Origin: an uncultured Desulfurococcaceae archaeon
GTDB taxonomy: Archaea; Thermoproteota; Thermoprotei_A; Sulfolobales; NBVN01
Reading direction: 5' to 3'
Assembly: GCA_964641155.1 (NCBI GenBank)
Contig: CAZXJO010000001.1
Coordinates: 149,144-213,143 of the forward strand
DNA: 64,000 bases
The notes below the pieces were generated by a model that ran no database searches, was not told the DNA's origin, and was given only the letters and a program-made list of their open reading frames with translations. The number at the start of each line of letters is the position of its first letter. The first letter of the stretch is position 1. Positions 28,386 through 37,896 of this stretch are shown piece by piece. The position numbers and the translations under genes are program-made.

Positions 28386-28709
28386 ATGATCCTGACCCGA
28401 TCCAGAAGTGAAACACGGGAGGAGAGTACCGCATGCTTCGAACTAGTTAATGAAGGGAAAAAGAGTGATGTAAGGATTAACTTCCTAGATGTTGCGAAGG
28501 CCTTGGTCAGGATTTGCGAGGACGTACATCTGGACGTGGTGACATCCATTTCTAGAAGAGGTTATAAGTCGTTGATAGTTCTCTCATCAGTTAAGGATGT
28601 GGTGAGCTGTAAAAACATGTTCAAGGTGCTCATAGCGGCTTACGGTTACAACGTGAGGGTTAATGAGGTTAGCTGCAACGATGCTGTGGTGAAGGTCGAC
28701 CCTTTCTAA
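28386..28709 (+). CDS. hypothetical protein
   Basis: 107-aa ORF ending 29 nt upstream of the HerA-like ATPase on the same strand. No motif recognised. Confidence 0.35.
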   Translation: MILTRSRSETREESTACFELVNEGKKSDVRINFLDVAKALVRICEDVHLDVVTSISRRGYKSLIVLSSVKDVVSCKNMFKVLIAAYGYNVRVNEVSCNDAVVKVDPF

Positions 28710-28738
28710 GCAAGGTTAAGTTTAGGAAGGATACTGTA

Positions 28739-29785
28739 GTGGATTACGATTCTTTAGTAGTCAATGAGGTTGCGTCGGCTGTTTATGGTGATTTAATAGT
28801 GTTTGGATACATGCACGGGGATGGGTTTGAAAGGGTGTTTGGACTACCCGTGGGGGATTTCCTAAGACATACATTAATAGTTGGCTCCACAGGCTCAGGG
28901 AAGACCACCACCGCGGCTGTTCTCGCATCACAACTTGTTAGGCATGGACACGTATTAGTAATCGACTGGAACGATGAATACCCAACAATTTTCAAATCCT
29001 TGGCTAAAGGCGATGTAGCGACGTATAATGACTTCAAAATCCCTCTAATGTTTAAAGACTTTGAAGAGTTTATCTCAATGCTAAACGATGTTTTAGAGCT
29101 GAGCGATGCTCAGACGTACATGCTTTACAGGTTTTTGGATGATGACGGTAATGACCCAACTATACGGGGACTGATAAACTACTTGGAAAGCGTCCAGGTC
29201 GAATCTAGGTGGATGGCGGAAACTAGGACTGCCCTACTCAGGAAGCTGAAACTAATCTACAACTCTAAGACCGAGGACCTATATCAAGACCTACATCCGT
29301 CTACAGTTTTAGGACTGACCCCAATCAATTGGGGGAAGGTCCGCGTTATCTCGTTAAGCAAGTTTAAGGACCTCAAGTTGAAGAGGTTGGCAGCGTTAGC
29401 ACTCATTAAGCTGTTAGAGGACTTAAAGAAAGCTGGTGCGGAACCCCTGAGTAATGTCTTCTTGTTCATTGATGAAGCCCATCACATCGCTAACTCATCA
29501 CTTATAAGAAGGTTAGTCGCTGAAGTACGTAAGTTGGGGATAGGCCTCGTACTAATAACTCAGTCACCTTCCGCTGTAAGTAATGAGGTGCTTGCCAATT
29601 GCAACCTGAAAATAGTCCACGCGATGAAGTCTAATACCGACATAGAAGTCATAGTTAGATCTTTAGGGGTCAGCGAATTACGTGACGCATTGCCAAGGCT
29701 TAGCGTTAGTGAAGCGTTCGTGGATGCGCCAACGTTAAAGCACGTGGTTAAGGTTAGAGTTGACGTAAATCTGAACGCGCAATAA
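28739..29785 (+). CDS. HerA/FtsK-like P-loop ATPase (DUF87-type), short form
   Basis: FLRHTLIVGSTGSGKTT (Walker A preceded by RH, as in HerA), Walker B VFLFIDEAHHIAN, and LVLITQSPS. At 348 aa it is too short to hold a full HAS-barrel. Confidence 0.7.
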   Translation: MDYDSLVVNEVASAVYGDLIVFGYMHGDGFERVFGLPVGDFLRHTLIVGSTGSGKTTTAAVLASQLVRHGHVLVIDWNDEYPTIFKSLAKGDVATYNDFKIPLMFKDFEEFISMLNDVLELSDAQTYMLYRFLDDDGNDPTIRGLINYLESVQVESRWMAETRTALLRKLKLIYNSKTEDLYQDLHPSTVLGLTPINWGKVRVISLSKFKDLKLKRLAALALIKLLEDLKKAGAEPLSNVFLFIDEAHHIANSSLIRRLVAEVRKLGIGLVLITQSPSAVSNEVLANCNLKIVHAMKSNTDIEVIVRSLGVSELRDALPRLSVSEAFVDAPTLKHVVKVRVDVNLNAQ

Positions 29786-30350
29786 TGCCTAACACATCCT
29801 CAACTATGTCCTCCCTCACAAGCCAGTCAACTCCCACCTTACAGCTTACGGTGCCGTTAATCAATCCCAGAACCTCCTCAACGACCTCATCCAAATCCTT
29901 GCCGGTGACGTCCACCTCGCAGACCTTACTCCTGTCATGCTCCCTCAACGCATTGTGGGTGCAAACACCCATTAGTTCTGATTCGATGTTGTCTACGAGT
30001 TTCCTGCCGCTCCAGCCCTTACTAACCAACCTGGCATGGAGTGCTCTAGGATCTAACCTGAGGACTATTAACTTAAAGAGGCATTCATCATCAACTAACT
30101 CACCATAATGGCTGTCAATCACCAAGCAACCCCCAGAACTGCGGATAAGGTCGTTTAGAGCCGCCTTCAGCCTCTCCTCATCGATTATGAATGAGTCCGT
30201 CTCAGTATCGTAGCTGACGAAGAGTTTATTGTCTAACACATAGTTGCTTAAGTTCAGGTACTTACAGCCCAGTATCTCCGACAGTTTGAGTGCTACTGAA
30301 GTCTTACCAACCCCCGGCGTACCGCTGATCACTATAGCTTTCCCGCCCAA
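29754..30350 (-). CDS. adenylate kinase isoenzyme-6 / Fap7-like NTPase
   Basis: IVISGTPGVGKTSVALKLSE P-loop, about 190 aa, AAA_18-like layout. TTG start. The 3' end overlaps the HerA-like gene by 32 nt in convergent orientation. Confidence 0.7.
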   Translation of the reverse strand: MGGKAIVISGTPGVGKTSVALKLSEILGCKYLNLSNYVLDNKLFVSYDTETDSFIIDEERLKAALNDLIRSSGGCLVIDSHYGELVDDECLFKLIVLRLDPRALHARLVSKGWSGRKLVDNIESELMGVCTHNALREHDRSKVCEVDVTGKDLDEVVEEVLGLINGTVSCKVGVDWLVREDIVEDVLGIIARSDLRQL

Positions 30351-30373
30351 CTTACTGACACCGAATTAACTCC

Positions 30374-32356
30374 CTATACACTCCCCACTAATACGTACCT
30401 CATCGACGGAACTTTAAGCGGTTTGAACTCCCTACCACCGCCTTCGTAAAATTTCGGTAAAAACTCGACGAAACACAGCCTGAGGGAGTGTACGAAGGAA
30501 CCTATGATGCCGAAGACAAGGTTGATCGTATTTGTAAGCAGGATTATTACTAAAGCAACGACCGAAGCTGCCGCCAGGTTAATTACAGGAATGCTTACGG
30601 ATGTGCGGACCGCGTCAGCCGCCATCAACGCCAAGTCGTTGAAGTTTCTAGCCATTAAGTAGGTAGCCAAGCCTATCCCAGCTAAACGCGTGTATGAAAA
30701 CACATCGCCTAGGAAACCTGTGAGGTCGAATATCCATAGGAAGAGACCCACTGACCCGAGACCCAGGAACCTGCCAACAATCAACGCCGTAACACCTGCC
30801 AGGGATATGGAGAGCAGGTAGTTGTAGTGAGCATCACTCAAAGGTAGCAAACTCACCTTCAGGAAGTAGTACAGTATGTAGGGTAATGCTGCGAACTCAG
30901 CTATCAGGAGCCCCAGCTCTGAGAGTAAGGTGGCCTTATCCCACATCTTCAAAGCCCTCACAACACCTAAGAAGTGGCCTAAATTAACGTGTACTAGTCC
31001 TATCACCAAAGCTAATGAAATAAACGACATGGGGTCTGCTACATTGATTACTGGGTTGTAGTAGGGTAGTGGGTAACCGGCGTATGTATTGGTTAACACC
31101 CCGAAGAAGGTTGCCGACACACCTAACACCAATAACATCCCCTTAAGGCTTAAGTAACCTTCGGAGTGGGGGTTTTCAACGAAGCCCAGCCTATCCAGCA
31201 AGTATTTGACTATAAGTATTATCGCTGCGCCGTAGACCGCATCAGCAGTCATCAACCCGAAGAATATGAAGAACGAGTACGCAATCAATGCCGTCGGATC
31301 CCACTCCCCATACCTCGGAATACCGTAAAGCTTCGTTATTAGTTCGAAGTGCTTTACAGGTACGCTGTTGTTTAACTTGGTCGGCGGCTCGACTACGGCG
31401 TCCTTCAACTCCTCCACGTACACGTACTTGAACTTGCTGTATACCGTGTTGATTAAGGTGTTGTAATCCCTTTCAGGAACCCAGCCCTGAATTATGTAGC
31501 TGTAATCACTCATCACAGATTTCAACACGTTCTCAACCCTATCAACGTAGAGCTCATGTAAGAGCTTGGCCTTAGCTATCAACCCCAGGTTGTCACTGAT
31601 CGTTTTATCGAGTTCTGATGTAAGCCTATCTAAAGTAGCTTTAAGTGTGTTCACCTTAGACTCCAACTCCTTAACGAATTCTCGGATCGTTAAGTTGAGT
31701 TGCGGTACGTCTAGAACCTCAGCTTTAACCTCCGCCACAACTTCTTTAAACTTACTTAAGTCCTCCTTAAAACCTAGGTAGTTAACTAGTAGTTCATCCT
31801 CACCTACCTCAACCACGCACACTGCCTTAACACCTTGGAGTGATGATGAAATCATGTCCACCTGATCGCGTTTGGCTTTAACCAGCCTAGCGAACAGTAT
31901 CTCGCCTTCAAAGTTTAAGTTGGTTAGGAACGTGCTGCCGCATGAGGTGAGCACAGCCGTCAGATACTTAATCATGTTCGTAGATCTCTCTAATACACTA
32001 TTCACTTCACTAATGTTATTGACGATTACCTCGACTTTACTCTTTAAGGACTTAATGGACTGAAGGGTCTTAAGGAACTCATCCTCTAAACCAGTAACGC
32101 TTAACTCATCCCTAACCTCAACTAACTTCGCAGTGCCCACGTAGCTCTCAACAAATTTCAGCAGTTTTGCTAGCTCGTCAGCTGAGGCCAACTTACTCCT
32201 AAGAACTCCCAACTCCTCATCAGGTATTCCTTTAAGTTCCTCTAAGTGAACCATACCTAGTTCATGAAGTGTCGCAATCAAATCATCTGCGTAGTCCCTC
32301 AACGCGATGATCCTTACATACTTAAGTCTTTCGGGGTAGGTCAGAAGTCCAAGCAA
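30374..32356 (-). CDS. atpI: A/V-type ATP synthase subunit I
   Basis: 660 aa with a coiled-coil cytoplasmic N-half and a polytopic C-half. The conserved Arg region is SYTRLAGIGLA, with ..HSLRLCFVEF at the C-terminus. Confidence 0.9.
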   Translation of the reverse strand: MLGLLTYPERLKYVRIIALRDYADDLIATLHELGMVHLEELKGIPDEELGVLRSKLASADELAKLLKFVESYVGTAKLVEVRDELSVTGLEDEFLKTLQSIKSLKSKVEVIVNNISEVNSVLERSTNMIKYLTAVLTSCGSTFLTNLNFEGEILFARLVKAKRDQVDMISSSLQGVKAVCVVEVGEDELLVNYLGFKEDLSKFKEVVAEVKAEVLDVPQLNLTIREFVKELESKVNTLKATLDRLTSELDKTISDNLGLIAKAKLLHELYVDRVENVLKSVMSDYSYIIQGWVPERDYNTLINTVYSKFKYVYVEELKDAVVEPPTKLNNSVPVKHFELITKLYGIPRYGEWDPTALIAYSFFIFFGLMTADAVYGAAIILIVKYLLDRLGFVENPHSEGYLSLKGMLLVLGVSATFFGVLTNTYAGYPLPYYNPVINVADPMSFISLALVIGLVHVNLGHFLGVVRALKMWDKATLLSELGLLIAEFAALPYILYYFLKVSLLPLSDAHYNYLLSISLAGVTALIVGRFLGLGSVGLFLWIFDLTGFLGDVFSYTRLAGIGLATYLMARNFNDLALMAADAVRTSVSIPVINLAAASVVALVIILLTNTINLVFGIIGSFVHSLRLCFVEFLPKFYEGGGREFKPLKVPSMRYVLVGSV

Positions 32357-32358
32357 CC

Positions 32359-32649
32359 CTACATCCCTAAAACCAGCCTTAAGTACTCATCAACTACCTC
32401 TTCCTTAACTTTCGAATACCTCTCCTTAAGTACGCTGACCCTAACCTCATGCACCCTCCTCACATCAAGCAGCTTTGACATGAATTCCTCCTCTACGTTC
32501 CTGATTAATTCAGGCGGTAACTGCACCCTAACCTCCTTCTTGAGCAGCTCCTCAGCATCCTTCCTGGCCTTCGCTAAGATCTCCTCAGCCCTCCTCTCCG
32601 CTTCTCTAATTATGTTACGTGCCTCCTCCTCAATAGCCGCCAATGACAT
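32359..32649 (-). CDS. atpH: A-type ATP synthase subunit H
   Basis: 96 aa and highly charged (IEEEARNIIREAERRAEEILAKARKDAEELL). Lies immediately upstream of atpI. Confidence 0.6.
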   Translation of the reverse strand: MSLAAIEEEARNIIREAERRAEEILAKARKDAEELLKKEVRVQLPPELIRNVEEEFMSKLLDVRRVHEVRVSVLKERYSKVKEEVVDEYLRLVLGM

Positions 32650-32887
32650 CCTAATACCAAAACAAAGTGGGAGGGGGCGAATTTAAACCTTAGATGTGCT
32701 TGGCCTCTAGAACCTCGCTTGAGGAAGCTCACAACCACGAACGCAGTGAAGCTCAGCCCTCACACGGCACTTCACCGCTCCGCTCCGGAGAATTCCTCAT
32801 CACCAATACAGTAGTGATTTGAGTGTTTAAAACCTCCTGGGCTTCAAGGGCTCACGATGCCTATATAAGTGTTGAGGTTGAGTCAGA

Positions 32888-32945
32888 TACGGTGTTGAGC
32901 TCACGGATGCTGAGTGGTGATGTAGGCTCGTGTTACTGAAAAGTA
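32888..32945 (+). ncRNA. candidate C/D-box sRNA
   Basis: C GTGTTGA (32892-98), 11-nt spacer, D' CTGA (32910-13), spacer GTG, C' GTGATGT (32917-23), 12-nt spacer, D CTGA (32936-39). Short terminal complement TAC/GTA. A TATATAA box at 32863-32869 lies about 20 nt upstream. Both C boxes deviate by one nucleotide from RUGAUGA. Confidence 0.4.
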
Positions 32946-32992
32946 AGTACTTTTATTAGACTTGGAAAAGAAGTTAAATTGTAAGAATTACC

Positions 32993-33544
32993 ATGTTCGA
33001 CCTACTGTTAAGAATCGTTGACGTGATCCACTATTTGAAGAGCGTTAAGGCCGTCGTACTTAAGGATTTAGGCAGGATACCGGTTGACGGCGACGTTGTG
33101 ACGGTATCTAGGGGCCAAGAGGTTGAGCTGCCTAGGTGGTTGGCTAAGGCATTATCCGATTTGGGTGTGGTTGAGTTTAGGCACACCCCTACGACGCCGG
33201 ATGACGTAAGTAAGTACTTGATAAGTGAGAAAAGCATGGGTAAGTCTTCCATGACGAAGTTAAGAGAGGATTTCTACCACGAGATTAGGGAGTTATTGAG
33301 CACGGTCAAGGCTTCGTCGGTGGACGCTGACACCGCCATGGCTGCAATTAGGTTGGAGTCTAACCTACGTGACCTAATTAGGCTGAGGATCAATAAGATA
33401 GTTAGCGTTACTACTCTAAGCGCTAAGCTTGAGAGGTTTGAGGAGAACTTAACGATTGAGGAACTACTGCTCTACAGGTTGTTGAACGATCTACTGTCGT
33501 CATGGCTTAACCAGCTATCACCTAGGGCGGTCAAGAATGAGTGA
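32993..33544 (+). CDS. gins23: GINS subunit Gins23-like
   Basis: 183 aa with the LPRWLAKALSDLGVVE motif and a helical C-half. The stop overlaps the mcm start (ATGAGTGA). I recall the gins23-mcm operon as described for Sulfolobus. Confidence 0.6.
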   Translation: MFDLLLRIVDVIHYLKSVKAVVLKDLGRIPVDGDVVTVSRGQEVELPRWLAKALSDLGVVEFRHTPTTPDDVSKYLISEKSMGKSSMTKLREDFYHEIRELLSTVKASSVDADTAMAAIRLESNLRDLIRLRINKIVSVTTLSAKLERFEENLTIEELLLYRLLNDLLSSWLNQLSPRAVKNE

Positions 33545-36500
33545 TGGGTTGAGTGGGATCGAATCTCTTCGGCAGAGATTCGTTGAGTTCTTGAAGACGT
33601 TCAAGGACCATGAAGGAAGGTACAAGTACGAGGAGAGGATTAAGCAGATGATCGTTGATAGGAAGACAAGCATTGTGGTCGACTACGAAGACCTAGTTAA
33701 GTTCGACGTTAAGTTATTTGACGCTCTTACAGAGAAGCCCGATGAGGTCCTCCACACGTTCTCCGAGGCGATTAGGGACGTAGTTTATGAGTTCGATGAG
33801 GAGTACTCCTCATATATCGGTAGGTTCATCCCTAGGTTGAGCGGTTTACCGTTAGTTACCTCTTTAAGGGATCTCTCCAACGAACACATAAATAAGTTGG
33901 TTATGATTGAAGGGATTTTAGTAAGGGGCACACCGCCTAAGCAGAAGATGTTCAAAGCCGTTTACGCACACATCTTACCTACTGGGGAGGTACACGAGTT
34001 TGAGTGGCCCCCATTACCGTCGGATGAGATAGCTGATGAACTTGAGAGACCCGCTTACTGCCCTCTATGTAAGGAAGATGTAATGAGTGAGAAGGGCAGG
34101 GGTTATGTAAGAGGTGTTTTTAGGCTAGTAATCGAGAAGTCTAAGTACAAGAATTGGCAGAAAGTAGTCCTCCAGGAAAGACCTGAGGAAGTACCTGCAG
34201 GCCACATACCCAGGTCTGTCGAGGTAGTACTGACGGATGACATAGTCGACGTAGCCAGACCCGGTGATAGGGTATCCATCATAGGTGTTGTCAAGCTCCT
34301 GAAAGAGTCTAGGAGGAAGTCCTTCTCCCCCATCTTCGACATGTACATAGAGGCTAACAACGTTATAGTGGCTCAGAAATTCCTCGAGGAGGTTAAGCTA
34401 GGTAAGGAGGATGAGGAACTCATCAGGAAGTTAAGTAGGGACCCCCTAATAAGGAGGAAGATAATTGCTAGTATAGCCCCCTCAATATACGGTTTATGGG
34501 ATATAAAGGAATCTATAGCGCTCCAACTCTTCGGTGGAATACCTAAGATAGCACCTGACGGGACTAAAATTAGAGGGGACATACACATCCTCATAGTCGG
34601 CGATCCGGGGACGGCCAAAAGCCAACTACTTCAATACGTCTCACGTATAGCTCCCAGAGGCCTATACACAACTGGTAAGGGGTCTTCAGCCGCAGGTCTA
34701 TGCGTCGGCGGGGACACGCTCATCTACACAGGTAATAGAATAGTTAAGATGAAGGACCTCGTTGAAGAGAACTTAAGCAGTTTTGAATTGAGTGAGGGTG
34801 CTCTAATCTCAGCCAATCCTAGAAGAGTAGAGGTCGCGACATACCTAAACGGAGAAGTCCTCTACGACTCCGCACGTCAGTACTACATGCTGTGGAGTGA
34901 GAACACCTTAAAGTTAAGCACTTCATTAGGTGTTGACTTAGTAACCACTCCGGAGACTAAGCTACTAGTCTACGATGGGCGTGAGGTCAGGTGGTGTGAG
35001 GCAGGGAGGTTGAAGGTAGGTGACTACGTAATAACCGTCCGGAGGTTGCCTAAACATGCCGTTGAATTTAGAATTTTAGACGCATTTTCAGACGACGCGT
35101 ACGTGAGGGTTGGGGGTAACTTCGTCGATGAACTCACGAAAGAATTGCTGAGCAAGTTCCCCTCCCTTAACGATGCGATCAAGGCAACCCACATAAGCAA
35201 GTGGGCCTACTATAGGCTGATCCATGATTCCGTAATCCAGTTACGCTACTTGAGACGATTACTAAGTCATGTTGATATGGGGTATGAGCGTCTTCGCGAT
35301 GCAGTCCTCGAAGTAGGGCATAGGGGATTTAAGGGAGTTGAGTGGATTAAAATACCTAGACCTGATGAGGAGTTCGGTGATTTCTTAGCCCAGACATATG
35401 TCAGAGGTAGGGTAGTAATTGACAGGCACGGCAATCCTTCGGGGTTAGTTCTGAGGGCGGCCTCGTTAGATGAACTACTCCCGCTGATCGATGAGGTTAA
35501 GAATCTATTCAACCTCAACACCGTCCCTGAGATGTATGCGGATGATGGCGGATATCTGGCACTGACCAGATGTAGGCCGTTGGCCTCACTGGCATACGCT
35601 TTTGGTGTCCCGTCAACTGACGGCAGGGTGAGGTCTGAGGTACTTATCCCCAGCCTACCGGACCACGTACTGGCCTACTTCATCAGGAGGCTACTATCAA
35701 TTGCGGGGGAGGTTGGTACGGACTACGTCCGCATAACATTACCTAATAAGGACGTTGCAGTTCTAATTAACATCGTGCTAAGGAGGTTCGGCGTAATTCC
35801 ATCGCTACGTAACTCACGCAAAGGTTGGTATGAATTGATGATCCATGACCCGAGGTCTCTTAAGAACTTAAATGAGTTCGTATTAGGCATCAAAGACGAC
35901 GTTACGGCGGCCGGACAGCATAACGCATCAACCACCGATTTCATTGATATAAATGACGACTTGACCGGTGTTAAGGTCGTTGATATTCAAGAAATCCGAG
36001 GGAGTGAGGTGTATGACCTAACAGTCGATAACTCCCACTCCTTCATAGCCAATGGCTTCGTAGTCCACAACACCGCGGCTGTGATAAAGGAAAAGCAGTC
36101 CGGCGAGTACTTCCTAGAGGCTGGAGCTATGGTCCTAGCAGATGGGGGGACGGTGTGTATTGATGAGATAGATAAAATGAGGGATGAGGATAGAGTTGCA
36201 ATACATGAAGCTATGGAGCAAGGCACTGTAAGCATTGCTAAGGCCGGCATAGTTGCCAGACTCAATGCCAGGACCTCAGTCCTGGCGGCAGGTAACCCCA
36301 AGTACGGAAGGTACATACCGTCCAGACCGATTGCTGAGAACATAAACTTACCGATAACCATACTATCAAGGTTCGACCTCATATTTACGTTAAGGGATTT
36401 AGCTAACCTAGATCGTGATAAGTCCTTAGTCAGACACGTCTTGAAATCACATGAAAGCATTGAAGAGGTCAAACCTGAAATACCTCCAGACGTTTTAAGG

Positions 36501-37022
36501 AAGTACGTGGCATATGCTAGGAAGTACGTGAGGCCGAAGCTGAGTAGGGACGCTGAAATCCTGATCGAGGAGTTCTACCTGGAAATGCGTAGGAAGAGTG
36601 CTGAAGCCCCTGAAGCACCTATAGCGATAACTACTAGGCAATTGGAAGCACTCATAAGACTTGCCGAAGCACATGCACGCATGGCTCTGAAAAACTACGT
36701 TGAGGCTGAGGACGCTGCCGAAGCTATAAGGCTAATGAGCGTTATGTTGGAGAATGTCGGGATAGACCTGGAGACAGGCCACATAGACATAGACGTGATC
36801 ATGACTGGGAAACCCAAAAGTGTTAGAGATAAGGAACTAATTATAAAGGACATAATTAGGGAGTTGAGCAGCGAGTCAGGCTGCGCTAAGGTTAAAGACA
36901 TAGTCAAGGAGGCAGTAAAGAGGGGGATAGATGAGGACTTCGTTGAGAAATACGTGATGGGATTAAGGAGGGCTGGAGAGCTCTACGAAGTCCGCCCAGG
37001 ATGTATGAGCTTCGTTGATTGA
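33537..37022 (+). CDS. mcm: MCM replicative helicase, interrupted by one intein
   Basis: Zn motif CPLCKED, Walker A GDPGTAKSQ, Walker B VCIDEIDKM, arginine finger SRFDL, C-terminal wH domain. The exteins rejoin as GKGSSAAGL|TAAV. Confidence 0.95.
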   Translation: MSDGLSGIESLRQRFVEFLKTFKDHEGRYKYEERIKQMIVDRKTSIVVDYEDLVKFDVKLFDALTEKPDEVLHTFSEAIRDVVYEFDEEYSSYIGRFIPRLSGLPLVTSLRDLSNEHINKLVMIEGILVRGTPPKQKMFKAVYAHILPTGEVHEFEWPPLPSDEIADELERPAYCPLCKEDVMSEKGRGYVRGVFRLVIEKSKYKNWQKVVLQERPEEVPAGHIPRSVEVVLTDDIVDVARPGDRVSIIGVVKLLKESRRKSFSPIFDMYIEANNVIVAQKFLEEVKLGKEDEELIRKLSRDPLIRRKIIASIAPSIYGLWDIKESIALQLFGGIPKIAPDGTKIRGDIHILIVGDPGTAKSQLLQYVSRIAPRGLYTTGKGSSAAGLCVGGDTLIYTGNRIVKMKDLVEENLSSFELSEGALISANPRRVEVATYLNGEVLYDSARQYYMLWSENTLKLSTSLGVDLVTTPETKLLVYDGREVRWCEAGRLKVGDYVITVRRLPKHAVEFRILDAFSDDAYVRVGGNFVDELTKELLSKFPSLNDAIKATHISKWAYYRLIHDSVIQLRYLRRLLSHVDMGYERLRDAVLEVGHRGFKGVEWIKIPRPDEEFGDFLAQTYVRGRVVIDRHGNPSGLVLRAASLDELLPLIDEVKNLFNLNTVPEMYADDGGYLALTRCRPLASLAYAFGVPSTDGRVRSEVLIPSLPDHVLAYFIRRLLSIAGEVGTDYVRITLPNKDVAVLINIVLRRFGVIPSLRNSRKGWYELMIHDPRSLKNLNEFVLGIKDDVTAAGQHNASTTDFIDINDDLTGVKVVDIQEIRGSEVYDLTVDNSHSFIANGFVVHNTAAVIKEKQSGEYFLEAGAMVLADGGTVCIDEIDKMRDEDRVAIHEAMEQGTVSIAKAGIVARLNARTSVLAAGNPKYGRYIPSRPIAENINLPITILSRFDLIFTLRDLANLDRDKSLVRHVLKSHESIEEVKPEIPPDVLRKYVAYARKYVRPKLSRDAEILIEEFYLEMRRKSAEAPEAPIAITTRQLEALIRLAEAHARMALKNYVEAEDAAEAIRLMSVMLENVGIDLETGHIDIDVIMTGKPKSVRDKELIIKDIIRELSSESGCAKVKDIVKEAVKRGIDEDFVEKYVMGLRRAGELYEVRPGCMSFVD
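34701..36071 (+). mobile_element. intein (457 aa) within MCM
   Basis: Starts CVGGDTLI directly after ..SSAAGL and ends ..SHSFIANGFVVHN directly before TAAV. The central region has only weak LAGLIDADG-like segments (FGDFLAQTYVRG, VLAYFIRRLLSIAGEV). Confidence 0.88.
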
Positions 37023-37072
37023 TAAACACTTTTTAAGCCTGACAGATTACCCCTATACTTAGGTATTGAGCC

Positions 37073-37318
37073 GTGAGTGAGTTAATCATTAAGTTGAGCA
37101 ACGGCAAGGAAGTCAGGATAGACAAGAGTGCCTTAGAAGCCATCAATAAATACGTGAGGTTTGAAGTGTCCTTAGAGACCCTAACCAAGGAGCTCAACCT
37201 TGACAGTTGGGAGGAAGCGTACGAGTTGGTAAAGAAGATACCGGCATGGATCGCGTGGTTGCCCCCATCATTTTTCGATCATGAGAAGAGCAGAGTACTC
37301 AATAAGTTGAAGAGTTAA
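37073..37318 (+). CDS. hypothetical protein
   Basis: 81-aa ORF with a GTG start. No motif recognised. Confidence 0.35.
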   Translation: MSELIIKLSNGKEVRIDKSALEAINKYVRFEVSLETLTKELNLDSWEEAYELVKKIPAWIAWLPPSFFDHEKSRVLNKLKS

Positions 37319-37333
37319 ACAGATGTAGCGCTT

Positions 37334-37783
37334 ATGTATTCGTTGAAGGCGGTACTGACAGTTGAGTACGGTAAGGAGTTGGGAGCTTCGCTGGAGGTAG
37401 GTGATGCCCTGTACCCTTACGATAACTTAGTTAAGGTTGGGGCCAGCTCGTACGGAGGCGTGTTACTCCTATACTCATCCCTAACTTATGAGGACATAAT
37501 CAAAGTGCTTGAAAACACCCACCTAACATACGTCAGAAGCATTACTAAAGTGGATAGATGTTGCCCCGAATCTTTGGAGGGGTTAATCAGATGTATTGAC
37601 GAATACCTGAGTCTGGCTAATTTGAGGGTGAGTAAGGTTAAAGTTTTTGAAAGAGGCATCATTAAAAAGCAAGCTAGAGATCTCCTAAACATGCTTAAGG
37701 GTAGGTTAGATCCCAACTCCAACTTGAAACTGTACATCACCCCCATAGACTACAGAGTCTGCATAGGTGTTCAAGACCCCTAA
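37334..37783 (+). CDS. hypothetical protein (possibly THUMP-like)
   Basis: 149-aa ORF. The resemblance to small archaeal THUMP-domain proteins is weak and tentative. Confidence 0.35.
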   Translation: MYSLKAVLTVEYGKELGASLEVGDALYPYDNLVKVGASSYGGVLLLYSSLTYEDIIKVLENTHLTYVRSITKVDRCCPESLEGLIRCIDEYLSLANLRVSKVKVFERGIIKKQARDLLNMLKGRLDPNSNLKLYITPIDYRVCIGVQDP

Positions 37784-37896
37784 AACTTACCTGCGGATGT
37801 GTAACGCGTTTGGAACTCCTTAGCACTTACCCCGTTAACTAAGGGCGTAGATAGTGTTCGGAACTACTTATAAGTTATACCGTTGCTGTTATTTTC

